This document shows, in pieces, positions 1-12,445 of a stretch of 64,000 nt of DNA (position 1 is its first letter; each line of letters begins with the position of its first letter). Where the stretch lies: assembly GCA_976551045.1 (NCBI GenBank), contig CDPCPM010000281.1, positions 9,672,001 to 9,736,000 on the forward strand. Reading direction: 5' to 3'. Position numbers and translations under genes: made by a program. The notes below the pieces were generated by a model. The model saw only the letters and a program-made list of their open reading frames with translations, had not been told where the DNA came from and made no database searches. Source of the stretch: Glaucostegus cemiculus (lineage: Eukaryota).

Positions 1-1551
1 ATCAGTTTTCACTTATTCTGTGATTTCTACTGAAGTGAACATATCCACCAGCAAAGCTGTTACAAAAATGTTTAAATTGTTGAAAAAACATATTGAGCAG
101 ATAAAGTTGTTCAAAATCCAGAAACCAGTCAGGACCAATATAACTTTTACGTTCAAGCACATGAAAAGAGTTTCATGGAAGTAGTAAATGGACATAATTT
201 TGAGAAACTTCTTATCAGTTGTTAGGGAGCGATCACCCCTTTCAAGATAGCTTGAAGAAATGGATCTGGCTGATCTGGGTAACAATAAAGCCTGATGTTT
301 ACAAAGCTCTGCTGGTTTACTGTAGCTAAATTGGTTTTAAGTGCTTGATGTAAAAAGTTGGCTCTTGATTCTGAATCCTTTCATAGAAATCTATTGTCTC
401 TTTAGTGTTTGCCATTTCATTATCCAGGAAGTGGTACTTCAGTGAAGGAAGAGTAAGGGCCTATCTGTCTGTCAGATAACCTGATAACATGCTGTAGGGG
501 GCTTTCAAAGTCTTGCTTTTCACAGTAAAGGCATTAACCCACTGATAACAATCTTGTCTAAGTGTGGCTGATACCCACCATCAGCTTCAACTGATGGGTG
601 ATCTTATCATTGCCTAGAGTCCCATTTGTGTTTTCTTTTTAATTTAAAAGTCACCATTTGTTTATTTACTGTTCTGCCATTGTAATTGCATCTGAAAAAA
701 ATCGCACCTCCTGGTGCACCCCTCAATCTTCTAAACCATAGTCTATTTTGACATTTCAGGTGAGATGTGTGATTATATTTTCCACTTCCATTTAATATTT
801 ATAAACAAACCATAGTGAAATCTGGTCCTAACTTTTTACTAGTGTCATTTGATTAAATGCATCTAATTCAAGATAAAAACGAATTACAAAAGCTCTGTCA
901 TCTGAGACAGAGCTCTTTCCCCAGCATGCTGTTTGTATTTGCATCAATTGTCAGTGGGAGATGAAAATATTTCTATTTGAAGATGGCTCTGTTTTACATT
1001 ATCCTGGTTGCCATCTTTGAAAGTGAAAGCCTTGTTTGTTTGTAACAGAAATATTCTGCTAGCAATCAAGAAAAAGTTAACACTGGGTCAGAAGGTGGTG
1101 AGATGTTAACCAAACTAAAAGCAAATAGCTTTGTATGGTTTACTCTTTCTTTGTCATACTGCAATCCAGCTGTAAATTGATAATGAAAGCTAACCTGTGG
1201 TTGTAAAGCGAGCAGTTATCTCTGTGTTCGTTAAGGCAAATCTAATCATTTAAAAGTGATGCCTTGTGTTAGTGAAAAGACCAAGGCTTCATGTTGAACA
1301 CAAGGAACTGTCTATTTTTTTACAACACTGTAGGCAGCCAGAGTGGAAATGATAGGGTGAGTTCATTGTCAATCACACTTGGTGAGCACACAGCTGTAAG
1401 TGACTGAGATTGATTTTAGGTGCAGAATTTATTTGTAGTTATTCTCCAATGTGCATTTTTCTGGAGAAATTATTCAGATTCTACTGGGATAAGTTGTAGT
1501 TCGTTTCCTCTACTCTTTAAAAAGATTACTGAACAGGACATGATTGAAAAG

Positions 1552-1700
1552 AAAAACATGGCAGATGCTGGAAAACTGAAATAGAACACAAAGGAGGAAA
1601 TGCTCAAATGGTGAGGCAGCATCTGTGGAGAGGGAGAAAAGATAGCTAATGTTGCATCTATTTATTTCTATTTCCTGGCCTGCTGAATATTTTTGTGGGC
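1552..1700. mobile_element. Short Penelope-like (PLE)-derived inverted-repeat element, decayed
   Basis: Carries 'gcagatgctggaaaactgaaatagaa...gcagcatctgtggagag', shared with the better-preserved copy at 30503-30708. Confidence 0.5.
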
Positions 1701-2709
1701 TTTTTTTTGTTGACTGATCAAATTGACTTTACTGAATAGTGGACTATTTGCTTTGAATTGTATGTTCTTCCTCACCTTCCAGTTCATTGGTTTATATGGT
1801 TCTGGTAATGAACGTGCCTGCCTAGCAATTAGATTGCATCCCCTAAAGAACATTGCAAAATTGGCAAATAAAATGAGTTAGAAACAACATTAGGGTGTTT
1901 TTCAGCCAGAACTGTGCACTAAAAATGGATCTGCACAGTTTCTGACAGGATCGTATTCCGTTGCCAAACTGAAAAGGGTGTGTTCCCAATGGCAGGCAGG
2001 CAGTAGTGATACAACTTATGATGCAGGGGAGGAGAGAGGGTGAAAGAGAAGCTGCAGGAGAGTGGGTGCAAATCCCTAAACTTGGTGAAAGGGACTGGTC
2101 ATTCACATCAATTAGGTAAATGGCAGGAGAGAGGCCCTTTACACCACAGGTAAAAGGAGACTTACTCGGGCCAGCAGAGCCAGTATCTGGAAGGAATTGA
2201 CTCCAGGTGTCTTCTCCAGGTGTGATAATCCCCACTTCTTCATGCTACACTATAGTAACTTGAATGTTGTCAGGGTGAGCTGCACACATCTGAAACTGCT
2301 TATAGGAAGTCATTTCAGATTGGGATTCATTGATGTGTCATGATCAAAGGAGGGTGTGAGGGGTTATTATGTGTCATCTGGGCTCTTTTGGCTGAGTACT
2401 GGTGAACTGTCTTGTATTAATGATTGGAGTGTGGAGAGGTCACTTTGTCTACTTTGGGGACTATGATTTATCAGGTTGCTTATGAAAAGGTTCTGTCTTG
2501 GAAACCCTTTTTACCTATATAGTCATTGCCTCTCCTCCATTCTGCTGGTAGATTCCACAGATAGTGTTCTGCTAGGAGTTTCCTCTTAATGCCCTTCTTC
2601 ATTCTCCAGTAGCCTTCTTCGTCTCCCAGCTTCTCTTGCTCATCTGGTCTTCAGCCTGGGTGTTTGGTCCTTCAGGCATCAGGCCCACATGCTCCTCTTC
2701 ACCTTCGCC

Positions 2710-3223
2710 AGATAAGGTATCTTTATCAGTCACTCGTACAGTGGAATGCATCTTTGCGTAGTGTTCTGGGGACAGCCTGCAAGTGTTCCCACGCTTCTGG
2801 CGCCATTGTAGAACATAGAACACTACAGCACAGTACAGGGCCTTCGGCCCACAATGTTGTACTGGCATTTTATCCTGCTCTAATATCTATCTAACCCTTC
2901 CCTCCCACATAGCCCTCCATTTCTCTATCATTCATGTGGTGATCTAAGAGACTAATCTGTCTGCCCCCACAACCTCTGATGGCAGTGCGTTCCACACACC
3001 CACCACACTCTGTGTTAAAAAAAAAACACCTCTGACACGTAGCATGTCCACAACTTCCTCATCCGTACATCTTTGGAACATGGGAGGAAACCAGAGCACC
3101 TGGAGGAAACCCATGCAGACACGGGGAGAACGTACAAACTCCTCACAGACAGCAGCCAGAATTGAACCCAGGTCGCTGGTGCTGTAATAGTGTCAAGCTA
3201 ACCGCTACCCTAACATGCCTGCC
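2710..3223 (-). mobile_element. tRNA-derived V-SINE (family B, Rex1-like tail), split by a CR1 fragment
   Basis: Minus strand reads a tRNA-like head, the V-core 'gagtttgtacgttctccccgtgtctgcatgggtttcctccaggtgctctggtttcctccca' and the family-B tail. The sequence breaks at 'cgcca' (2805) and resumes at 'acgtagcatg' (3037). Homologous to 5831-6117 and 36105-36372. Confidence 0.85.
2809..3036 (-). mobile_element. CR1 LINE 3' end nested inside the SINE
   Basis: Short 'tagaacatagaaca' tail repeat, 'gggccttcggcccacaatg' and 'gcgttccacacacccaccacactctgtg', typical antisense CR1 3' sequence. Confidence 0.75.
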
Positions 3224-5374
3224 ATGGTGTTGTCTTCAAGTTACTAAAGCACCCAGCAGACAACTGTGAAGTCTCCTCATCTGCATGTACAGCAGGGCCC
3301 TTTGGACTAATGTAGACACAAGAACTTTGTTCTCAGAAGAGTAATGGCAGTTGCCACAATGATTCTGGAGCTTGTATGGCCCTCATTGCAACAACACCTA
3401 ACAGCTGTGGGAGGACTATGAATTGCAGGGAGGAAACTGGGAAATAGTCGCTCAGGAATCATCCATCTGGGCAGTGCTGGCCATCCAAAGTCTCCAACAA
3501 CTTGGTCTTCCCAAGCACAAATGCATTATGTGTTTCCCAGAATGATACTGCCCCATCAGGAAGACCATCACATGATCCAATCTTTCCTCATAACTTCAAC
3601 TTTGTTCCAGCGGTGCTAAATTGAATAGATATCATTGGACGCTCAATCTCAACAAGAAAATTCAGAAATAACAAAGGGCTGTGACATTTTGTTTCTACAT
3701 TTCTGATTTCAGGACGGGGTAATTGGTAAGCTTTGGACTGAGCCCAGTGATGTGATGGGGGTGGGGGTGCGTAATTTGATGATATACCACTTTGTTTTCC
3801 TGAATTGATGTTCTTCACTTCAAGTATAGATCTCCCGAACATTTCCTGAATAAACTGCAATCCTGCCCTAAAAGCTGAACCGTTCTAAGGAAGAATATGC
3901 ACACCTCTGCTCAGATGGAAAAAAAATAAGCTTAAGAAGCTGGTGTAAAAGTAGACAGGCAAATCCGATACAGTTTGTGGCATGCTGGCACAGGTTGAGG
4001 TGGTGAGGTTTGAAGAACGATGATGGAATCAGATTTGCTGAGGCCCCCATACACATCATGCTCTCAAAATAGACATTGAAAGATAAAATCAGATGAGGGA
4101 AGCTTTATTAATGAAAATCGAACTAATTAGAATTAGCAAGTTAGTCACTGCATGTTAGATAACTGTTTCACATTCACTCTCGGGATGATTTAAAAATAGA
4201 TAGATTTAAAATGAATTTGGCACCTTTGATGGCTTAATCAGTTCACCAGTGTAACCGTGGGCTACGAGTTAAGGCATTTGCACATTAATTGATTGGAATT
4301 GCACTTATATGCTGGAAGGCAATTGCTAATTGCAGCAGGTAAATGTCCCAGATCGAAGAGGGATATAATAAATAATTATGAAGTTCTGAAAAGATGGCAA
4401 GAAATGAGCAGCAATTTAAGCTGGGAATTAGCAATTGATAAAACCACCTACTGAGGCCAGCTCTGTTGCCTTAAATTGCCTTTAAAAGTCTTAATTTCCC
4501 AAAGCAAATAGCTTCTGCACTGAAGGATGATGGCAAGGATTAGACATGCATCCAGTTGACATTTGCTGTGGGTGTCTTTTCAGAATGAAATTGCCGACCT
4601 TTGAGCTGCCAAGAATGAGGAGGTGTTACAATCTTAAAAGTGGCTGCATCTCAGCACTATTCAACGTTGAAAGACAGGCTAGCTAACATTTTCGCCAACA
4701 TTTGTCTTCCAAATTGTATAATGTAAAATATTTATAAAACACGTGGAAGTGAATTTAAAAGACATATTAAAGTCACTGCTTAAATTATTCATATTTATGT
4801 AAATTCAGAAACATGGAGATGAAGACAAGTGGGCAATTGTTGATGATTCTGGAATTTCTCTGGTGGAATGTAAGGGTTGTACAGTGAACCCTATTTGTGT
4901 ACTTCCCTTTACAGATTCAGATTTCTTTTATAGGTTCAATGCTGAATGGGACTTGATGGTGAACGATGAACAATAGACTTTTCGAATTGTGTTGGTTTGG
5001 TCTTGGTGTTTGCTGGGAGTGCAAGGCAGGATACCTGGACTTGCAGGTATCCAGGTACCTAACAATAGCAGGGGAAGTGTCAGGTGTTGTGTATTAAGCA
5101 GCTTTACAGATATAAGCACCAGTCTCTGTAGCCAATGAACAGTACTGTTTGATAATTTTGAATCAATTTCTTTTTTATACAGAAGCTGTTCTATTTTGTA
5201 AGTTTTCTGCTTTCCTACAGTAATATTTCATATTTAATGTGATGATTTTCTGAAGGAAGCAGAAGATTTTGCAGGGTGGTATTTAAAATGTTACACTACA
5301 CTCAGCTTATCCTGAATTTATTTACAAACATCATTGCTTGATCTTTTAAAAATTCAACAATTGTCATGAGTGAT

Positions 5375-6490
5375 GCCCTTCAGCCCCTGTGTCTGTGCTT
5401 GTTGATAAAGAGTTACCCAGACTATCCTCAAATTCCGGCATCAGGTGCTTAATGCTGCAGGTCATAGTTCTTCAAGAGGACAGCCAGGTCCTTTTAACCT
5501 GAGACGAGGATTTCTGCCTCTACCACCCTTTCAGGCAGTGAGTTCCAGACCCCTACAACCCTCTGGGTGAAAAATCCCTTCCAATCTATCTACCTTACAT
5601 TAGATCTGTTGCTCCAGTTTTTTGACCCCTATACTGACGGAGATAGGTCCTTCCTGTTTCCTCTACCTAGGTCTCTTATGATTTTATTCACCTCAATTTT
5701 GTCTCCTCTCAGCCTATTTTGTTCCGAAGAAAACTGCCCTAGCTGAGCCAATCTTTCATCATAGGTACAATTGGCCAGTCCCAACAACATCCTCATAAAT
5801 TTTGTCTGCACCCTCTGATGCAACCTCATTTTAAGATTAAGATTTCTTTACTAGTCTCATGTACATCAAAACACACAGTGAAATGCATCTTTACCTAGAA
5901 TGTTCTGGGGCCAGCCCACAAGTGTCGCCATGCTTCTGGTGCCAACATAGCATGCCCACAGTTTCCTAACCTGTACATCTTTGGAATGTAGGAGGAAAAG
6001 GAGCACCTGGAGGAAACCCACGCAGTCACGGGGGGAGTGTACAAACTCCCTACAGACAGCGGCCGGTTGCTGTCAATATAATAGCATTACGCTAACCGCT
6101 ACACTACTGTGTCTGCCTACTACAATGCCCACTACTCAAGCTGTAGTTTAACTTGTGTTGTACACAGCTCTACATCTCTGCACTCAAATTCTGCTCCACA
6201 GCCAAGGAAGGAAAGTAGCCATGTCTCTGTTAATTCAGTCAAATGACTTGCCCTGCCATCTTTAAGGATCTACAAATGTACACACCAAGGTTCCCTTGTT
6301 CCTCTACAACAATTGCTGTCTTCTCATTTTCCATAGATTCCCTTGCTCTGTTTCATCTTTCCAATGCATTACCTCACACTGCACTGGATTAAATCCACTT
6401 GCCACTTCGTTGTCCAATTGATCAGACCATTTAAATCTTCCTCTAATCTAAAGCTTTCCTTCTCATTGTCAACTATCCAGTCACTTTATG
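5375..6490 (-). mobile_element. Old CR1 LINE fragment (RT C-terminus and 3' UTR), interrupted by a SINE
   Basis: ORF 5629-5829(-) RVQTKFMRMLLGLANCTYDERLAQLGQFSSEQNRLRGDKIEVNKII matches the CR1 ORF2 C-terminal motif (RVQRRFTR...SYEERL..LGLFSLE.RRLRGDLIEVYKI). Decayed RT sequence continues after 6118. Confidence 0.8.
5831..6117 (-). mobile_element. V-SINE family B, near full length
   Basis: Minus strand: head 'ggcagacacagtagtgtagcggttagcgtaatgcta', V-core, tail 'atttcactgtgtgttttgatgtacatgagactagtaaagaaatcttaatcttaa'. Confidence 0.85.
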
Positions 6491-7009
6491 TGAATCATTA
6501 ATATCAACTCATTTTTACCTGAAAATAGATGTCAATGACATCATTGAAATGTGTTTTTTTTAATCTTGGGTAATTTTTACTCAGAGTAAAGGGAATGTTA
6601 ATCTTTGGCTGACTGGGGAACCACACAGTGACCACCCTTCACTCCCAGAAGACAAATTTGTGAACAGCTGAAAAGCCACATTGACTGAGGACATGGACAA
6701 GCAGAAGTTCATACATTTTTTGACAAACTTTTGTAACCATTTGGTGACAGATTTAGACATCCTTGCATTGGAGACTTCCTTTATGTAGTGATGCCATGAG
6801 ACCTTTGACCCTTTCAGATAGATCTTGTATGTCTGATGCATTATGAACTTTGTGATATTAATCATAACTTGCCTGGGTATTTGAAGATCTGAGACTGAAT
6901 TCAGAGATATGTGTTCGTTTTCAGATCTTCCTATCATTTTCTGTCTTAATTTATTTAGTTTCAGCCATTGAAATGGCTGCTAGCTGCAGGCTCGACAGGG
7001 TAAATGTTG

Positions 7010-7345
7010 AGTTGCTCTCATGAGTGGGAGAGTCACGAACAAGGGGACATAGCTACAAAGTAATGGGCCAATCAATTGAAACTGAGGTGTGTAGAAATTT
7101 CTTCTCTCAGAGGGTGGTATATCTCTGGAGTTGTCTGCCCCCAAGGGTGGTGGACACCAAATCATTAGAAGCTGGATCATTAGATATACCTAAGGCAGAG
7201 ATAGATAATTATTGGAAAAACTGAGGAGTTAAGGGTTATGGGGAACCCCACACAGAAGAGGAATTGAGGCTAGCATAGATCAGCCATTATCATAATAAAA
7301 GAGGGGCAGACTTGAAGGGTTTGGGGGCCTCCTCCTCCTCTTGTG
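7010..7345 (+). mobile_element. CR1 LINE 3' fragment
   Basis: ORF 7024-7224 GESRTRGHSYKV...RNFFSQRVVYLWSCLP is the CR1 ORF2 terminus, followed by a CR1 3' UTR. Confidence 0.85.
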
Positions 7346-7640
7346 CACACTGAATGAGAAACGGGGAAAACGATGTAATCTTGGGTTATCCAGTGTATCC
7401 TTTGCAATTGAAGTACTGTATGGGTCTTGAAAGCAGAGGTACAGCTGGTCACTTTTGCATGATATAATGTTGCACAAACAAATCATCACAGACACATTTT
7501 CTGCTACCTTTAAGCCATATAGAAACTGCTATTCTCTGATAATTTGGGAGAATTCTGCCCAATATCGGTTGATTACAGTTCAGTGTATTGTAACTGGAAA
7601 GAAGATTGTGGATAAGCTGGAGACACCAAGTGATAAGAAT

Positions 7641-9092
7641 GTGGGGAAGATACTAGAATCGATCCTCAAGGACGAGATGATGGGATACTTGGAGGTGCAA
7701 GGCAAGATAGGTCCTAGTCAACATGGGTTCGTGAAGGGAAGATCCTGCCTGACCAATTTATTGGAGTTTTTTTAAGGAATCTCAGGCAGGGTGGACAAGG
7801 GAGAGGCCTGTATTTAGACTTTCAGAAGGCATTCGACAAGGTGCCGCACAAAAGACTAATTAGTAAGATGAGAGATCACGGAGTAACAGGCAGGATAACA
7901 GAATGGGTGGAGCGTTGGCTGGATGGCAGGAAACAGAGGGTGGGAATAAAAGTTTCCTGTTCTGGTTGGCTGCCGGTTACTAGTGGTGTTCCGCAGGGGT
8001 CGGTGTTGGGGCCCCTTCTTTTTACCTTGTATATTAATGACTTAGACAAAGGAGTTAATGGATTTGTGGCCAAGTTTGCGGATGACACTAAGATTGGGGG
8101 GGGAGTGGAGAGTAGTGAGGAGACAGGAAAGTTACAGAGAGACTTGGATAGTCTAGGAGAATGGGCGAAAAAATGGCAGATGAGGTTCAACGTGGAAAAA
8201 TGTGCAGTTGTACACTTCGGAAGTAGAAATAAACGGGCAGACTATTATCTAGAAGGAGATAAAATTGGAAGCACAGAAGTACAAAGGGACTTAGGGGTGC
8301 TCGTACAGGATAAACTAAAGGTTAACCGCCAGGTTGGATCGGCGGTAAGGAAAGCGAATGCTATGTTGGCATTTATTTTGAGGGGTATAGTATATAAAAG
8401 CAAGGAAGTGTTGATGAGGCTATACGGGGCACTGGTGAGGCCTCACTTGGAGTACTGTGTGCAGTTTTGGGCCCCATACCTTAGGAAGGATGTGCTGATG
8501 TTGGAGAGGGATTCCTGGGATGAAAAAGCTTGCATATGATGAGCGACTGTTGTCACTTGGACTGTACTCGTTGGAGTACAGAAGAATGAGAGGGGACCTA
8601 ATAGAAACGTACAAGATGTTGAAAGGAATGGACAAAGTGAATGTGGTCAAGCTGTTTCCCTTGGTGGGGGAGTCCAGGACTAGAGGACACAACCTCTAGT
8701 CCTGCATTGTCAACATAGTCAGCATTGAAACAACATTCTAATAAATTCTCTGGGGTTCTGCATTCCATAAGTTTATGAAGAATTTGGGAACATTAGAGGA
8801 AGCAGGTTCAAAACAGAGATAAGGAGGAATTTCTTTAGCCAGAGGGTGGTGAACCTGTGGAACTCCTTACCACAGAAAGCAGTGAAAGCCAGATCATTGG
8901 GGATATTCAGGAAGGAAATAGATAGATATCTAATTGGTCAAGGTATCAAGGGATATGGAGATAAGGCGGGGATTTGGACTTAGAATAGGTTTTTTTTCCT
9001 CTTATCCTCTTTTTCCCCACCCTCCCTTCCCTTTGGAGCAGACTCAATGGGCCGACTGGCCTGCTTCTGCTCCATTATCTTGTGATCTTGTG
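7641..9092 (+). mobile_element. Relatively young 5'-truncated CR1 (HER1-like) LINE with disrupted reverse transcriptase
   Basis: RT motifs SQHGFVKGRSCLTNL, GVPQGSVLGPLLF, KFADDTK and RPHLEYCVQFW. Stop/frameshift at about 7773, small deletions near 7808 and 8510, internal insertion at 8697-8796, terminal (atcttgtg)2 at 9077-9092. Confidence 0.95.
8713..8796 (+). repeat. 84-bp direct copy of 9414-9497 inserted into CR1 ORF2
   Basis: 83 of 84 nt identical to 9414-9497 by direct reading ('ctgcattcc' versus 'ctgctttcc'). Confidence 0.95.
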
Positions 9093-9413
9093 AATATTTT
9101 ATCATAATTTTTAAAGCTTTATTCTTTGTATTCAATCCAGGGTATGGATGTTACTGCCAAAGTCAGCAATTAATGCTCTTCCTTTTATAGCAATTGAAAA
9201 GGCTGTGGTATGATACATAAATTGGACAATTGTTTCAGAAAATAGCCTTACTTGAATGACTAATTCAATCTTACATTCTTAAATATCTTAAATATTTTTT
9301 TCAAGTAAATGTTTATTCCTCTTTAAAAGACTTTTAGGTGTTTAACTACAATTCTTTAGGTAATATGGTATAAATATGTTATAAGCTGTTGTTATATTTA
9401 GACTACTGTGGGG

Positions 9414-9497
9414 ACATAGTCAGCATTGAAACAACATTCTAATAAATTCTCTGGGGTTCTGCTTTCCATAAGTTTATGAAGAATTTGGGAACATTAG
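9414..9497 (+). repeat. Donor copy of the 84-bp duplicated segment (flanking DNA)
   Basis: 'acatagtcagcattgaaac...tttgggaacattag' also occurs at 8713-8796. Confidence 0.95.
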
Positions 9498-10789
9498 TCA
9501 GTAGGTAGATGACATCTATTGAAGTTGGACTGTGTTGGTAGAGTGTAAAGTGCCAATGTATTACTGAGGGAAGCTTCGCTGAAGCCAGTGAGCTCAGTAG
9601 TTTCCTAGTGGTACGTTTTTAAAGTTAGTTTTTCCTTGATACCTTCTCACACTAAAACAATGAAATGAAACATTTTGCTTCAGACTAGACTTATACTACG
9701 TGGGTTGATTTTTAAGTGTGATCTCAGTAAACAGGAGTGGTCCATTATATTATGCTTTTCTTTTTTAAAGATGACTTAGATCCCAAGTCATTCAAGTCTT
9801 TCGTGACATTGAGCACCTGATGTTGCTCTGCATTGGTGTAAGGGAGGCAGCATTATAATCATAAAGGTGTGTAACCGATTATATTTTGACCGGGAGGGTG
9901 GGAGGTTGGACAGTAGGACATGGCATGATGTTAGCTTGTTGGGAGGTAAAAGGGTGCAACAGCAGATTATCTGTTCAGCCAGGGACACAAGTTCCCTTCT
10001 AGTCTCCATCATCATTGCTGAAGAAAGTGAGATTTGTCGCTCTCGCAGCTGTTTGTCATCCTTCATTCACTAACAACCTTGTGTAAAAAATATTTTCTGC
10101 AATAAACAGATTTAATTCAGATTCAGCTCCATCATGAATAATTAAGTGGGCTGATGTGCAACCTCACAAACTGGTCGTTTTTTTTATGAAGCTGTCTCTA
10201 GAAATCCTGATCCAAGCATATTTTCTGGCAAGTATACCATGCCTTCATCAGAATTGTGCTGAATAAAGTGGGGAGGAAAATGTTGCTACATCCAGTTGTT
10301 TTTTTCATTTCTCACACAGGGGACTGACCCAAAGGTGGAAAATTAGCATTTGATTCCATGGCCCATTTCTGAGTAACATTGAGCTTTGCTTTTTCTTTAA
10401 AAGTGAATTTTGATTAGGCTGGCATGTAGAGTGCTTCCTAACTAGTAAAGATTCTCGTACAACCCAGATGAATACATTTACTGGCAACTTATAACCTTTG
10501 GACATGCCTGGGCTCAACCCATCTTCAGTACCACTGAGAAACCCTTGATGCAGGGGATCCTGGGGAGAACTTAGTCCTCTGTTGTATACTCAGGATTGTG
10601 TGGATGACATGGTAACTTTTGCCCAATGAAATTCGTTTCTAAAATTTAGTTTCAATAAAGTCAAAAGGAATGAATTTTGGAAGTGGAGATAAATGCTCAA
10701 ACATTACAATACATAAAGTCAGGGCACATTTTTGATTTTTTTCTTCACTCCACTACCCCGCTCCATCCACAATGGGATAATGGAGTGAA

Positions 10790-10965
10790 GCAAAGGGGGG
10801 TGGGGAACAGAGGGGACTAGTTACTGGAAGTTAGAGAAATTGATGTTTATGCCATCAGGTTGGAGACTGACAAGGCGGAAGATGAGGTTCTGTTCCTCTA
10901 ATCTGTGCATAACTCCAACTTAGCTGTAGAGGAGGCTGTGGACAGATACGTTGTTGTGCGAGTTC
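10790..10965 (-). mobile_element. Penelope-like element fragment (GIY-YIG endonuclease C-terminus)
   Basis: 10910-10821(-) translates as MHRLEEQNLIFRLVSLQPDGININFSNFQ*, matching the E..LIFRL.TL.P.G.N ending of PLE proteins. Confidence 0.8.
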
Positions 10966-12344
10966 TAATTATAATAGTTCTAACTATAGAACAATGATAT
11001 GCTAAATCAAGGAGTTGTTCCCAAATTGCAGGGCATGTGGACTTTATATAACCACATTACACAAATACCAAAGCAAGTTAGCAACATTGATTTAAGACCA
11101 TTATTACAAGAGTGTTGAAAGAATAAGGATTATCTGCAAAGGTATAAGCCTCCCTGATTTTTTAGGGTGTTATTTGGTATAGTTATTGGAATTTATTGGA
11201 ACTAGCCATAAGAGTAATGTGCTTCATCACTCCAGCTTTCTTTCATTTCCAAATTTTGCTGATTCCATAAGTAACTTGAAAGACTAAATCAAAGTAGTTT
11301 TTGAGTATAGATATGGGAATTCAATTGTATCACTGAAGCATCCTCCATCTCCATGCACAGTTAATGAAATTAAACTTAAACAAAGTGAATCCAACATCCC
11401 CTAAAAACATGTTCCATTTGAGGAAAGTAGCAAATATTTAGAAATTGGATCTTATATGTACACCATTTTAAAGGGCCCTTACGAAAGTGCGCACACATTA
11501 TTAAGATGTTCAGGGAAATAAAGACTCTGAAGTGTGTGCACTCCAGTGATGGAGGATAGGAATGGATGATTGATTTCAGGTCTGCCCTCCAACTAAATGG
11601 TTCTCACAGGCCTCTTTCCCATTCTGCAAAAATAAATGATTGGATGGTACTGATACCTGCCAAGGCCGGTGGGAAAAGAGTGGAGTTTGATGGTTGATGA
11701 GTACGTATTTAAAATTGACAATTATTCAGCAATAGTTCATGTGCTTTTTATTTTATTTGATAAATCATATCTTATTTTCCTTTCATTTGAAGAACATTTC
11801 CATTGAGCATGAAAAACATTCCCCTTGGGAAGGTAGAGTAATTTCAATCTCCTGGCTTGCGCACAGTTCAGATCCCAGTGAACTCCCTGTGAAGTCTCCT
11901 AGTTTGATTCCAGCAAGCTGACCTTTTAACAGCTTGTAGAACAAAATGATTAGTCTGTAGCTCAGCACAGTGTGGTTTGGTCACATCTGTTTGAGATGAC
12001 AAAGAGAGCACTTGACAGCTATTTAGCTGGAAATGTTTCAGGTTCCCAAGTTGGTCTGAGAGAGTAATTTCATTGATGATGGATTTGGACAATGTAAATG
12101 GGTGGATGGATGGGTCAAGAAGGAAAGCACCAGCAGGTGAAGTTAATCCCTTTAAAAACATAAGTAAGTAGTCCAGAAATTAAGTCATTCCAGTCTTTGA
12201 CCAATATAGATTCCAATATAAAATCAAATAACCCAAAACTAAGAAGTAGCAAATACATATGACTTTCGATTTTAATTGGATGGGTTATGGTTGGAAACCC
12301 AGGGCGTGTTTGTAGGAAGGCAAGAAAAAACTATATATAATGAA

Positions 12345-12445
12345 AAGCTGAAATAACAACAGAGAATGCTGGAAAAACTCAGCAGGTCAGGCAGCATCTG
12401 TGATGAAATAAATGAGTTAATGTTTCAAGTATTTCCATCAGAATA
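12345..12445. mobile_element. PLE-derived short fragment
   Basis: 'gaatgctggaaaaactcagcaggtcaggcagcatctgtg' matches the arm of the 30503 copy. Confidence 0.6.

Noticed and set aside
891-914. 9-bp stem hairpin agctctgtc/gacagagct
   Set aside because: Too short to distinguish from chance in 64 kb, and bacterial-style terminators are irrelevant here.
7841-8539. 232-aa ORF as a functional reverse transcriptase gene
   Set aside because: It is a piece of a 5'-truncated CR1 with an upstream stop/frameshift, deletions and an internal insertion.
7637-9095. Possible 4-bp target-site duplication 'gaat' around the young CR1
   Set aside because: Too short, and it overlaps the tail repeat, so it cannot be distinguished from chance.
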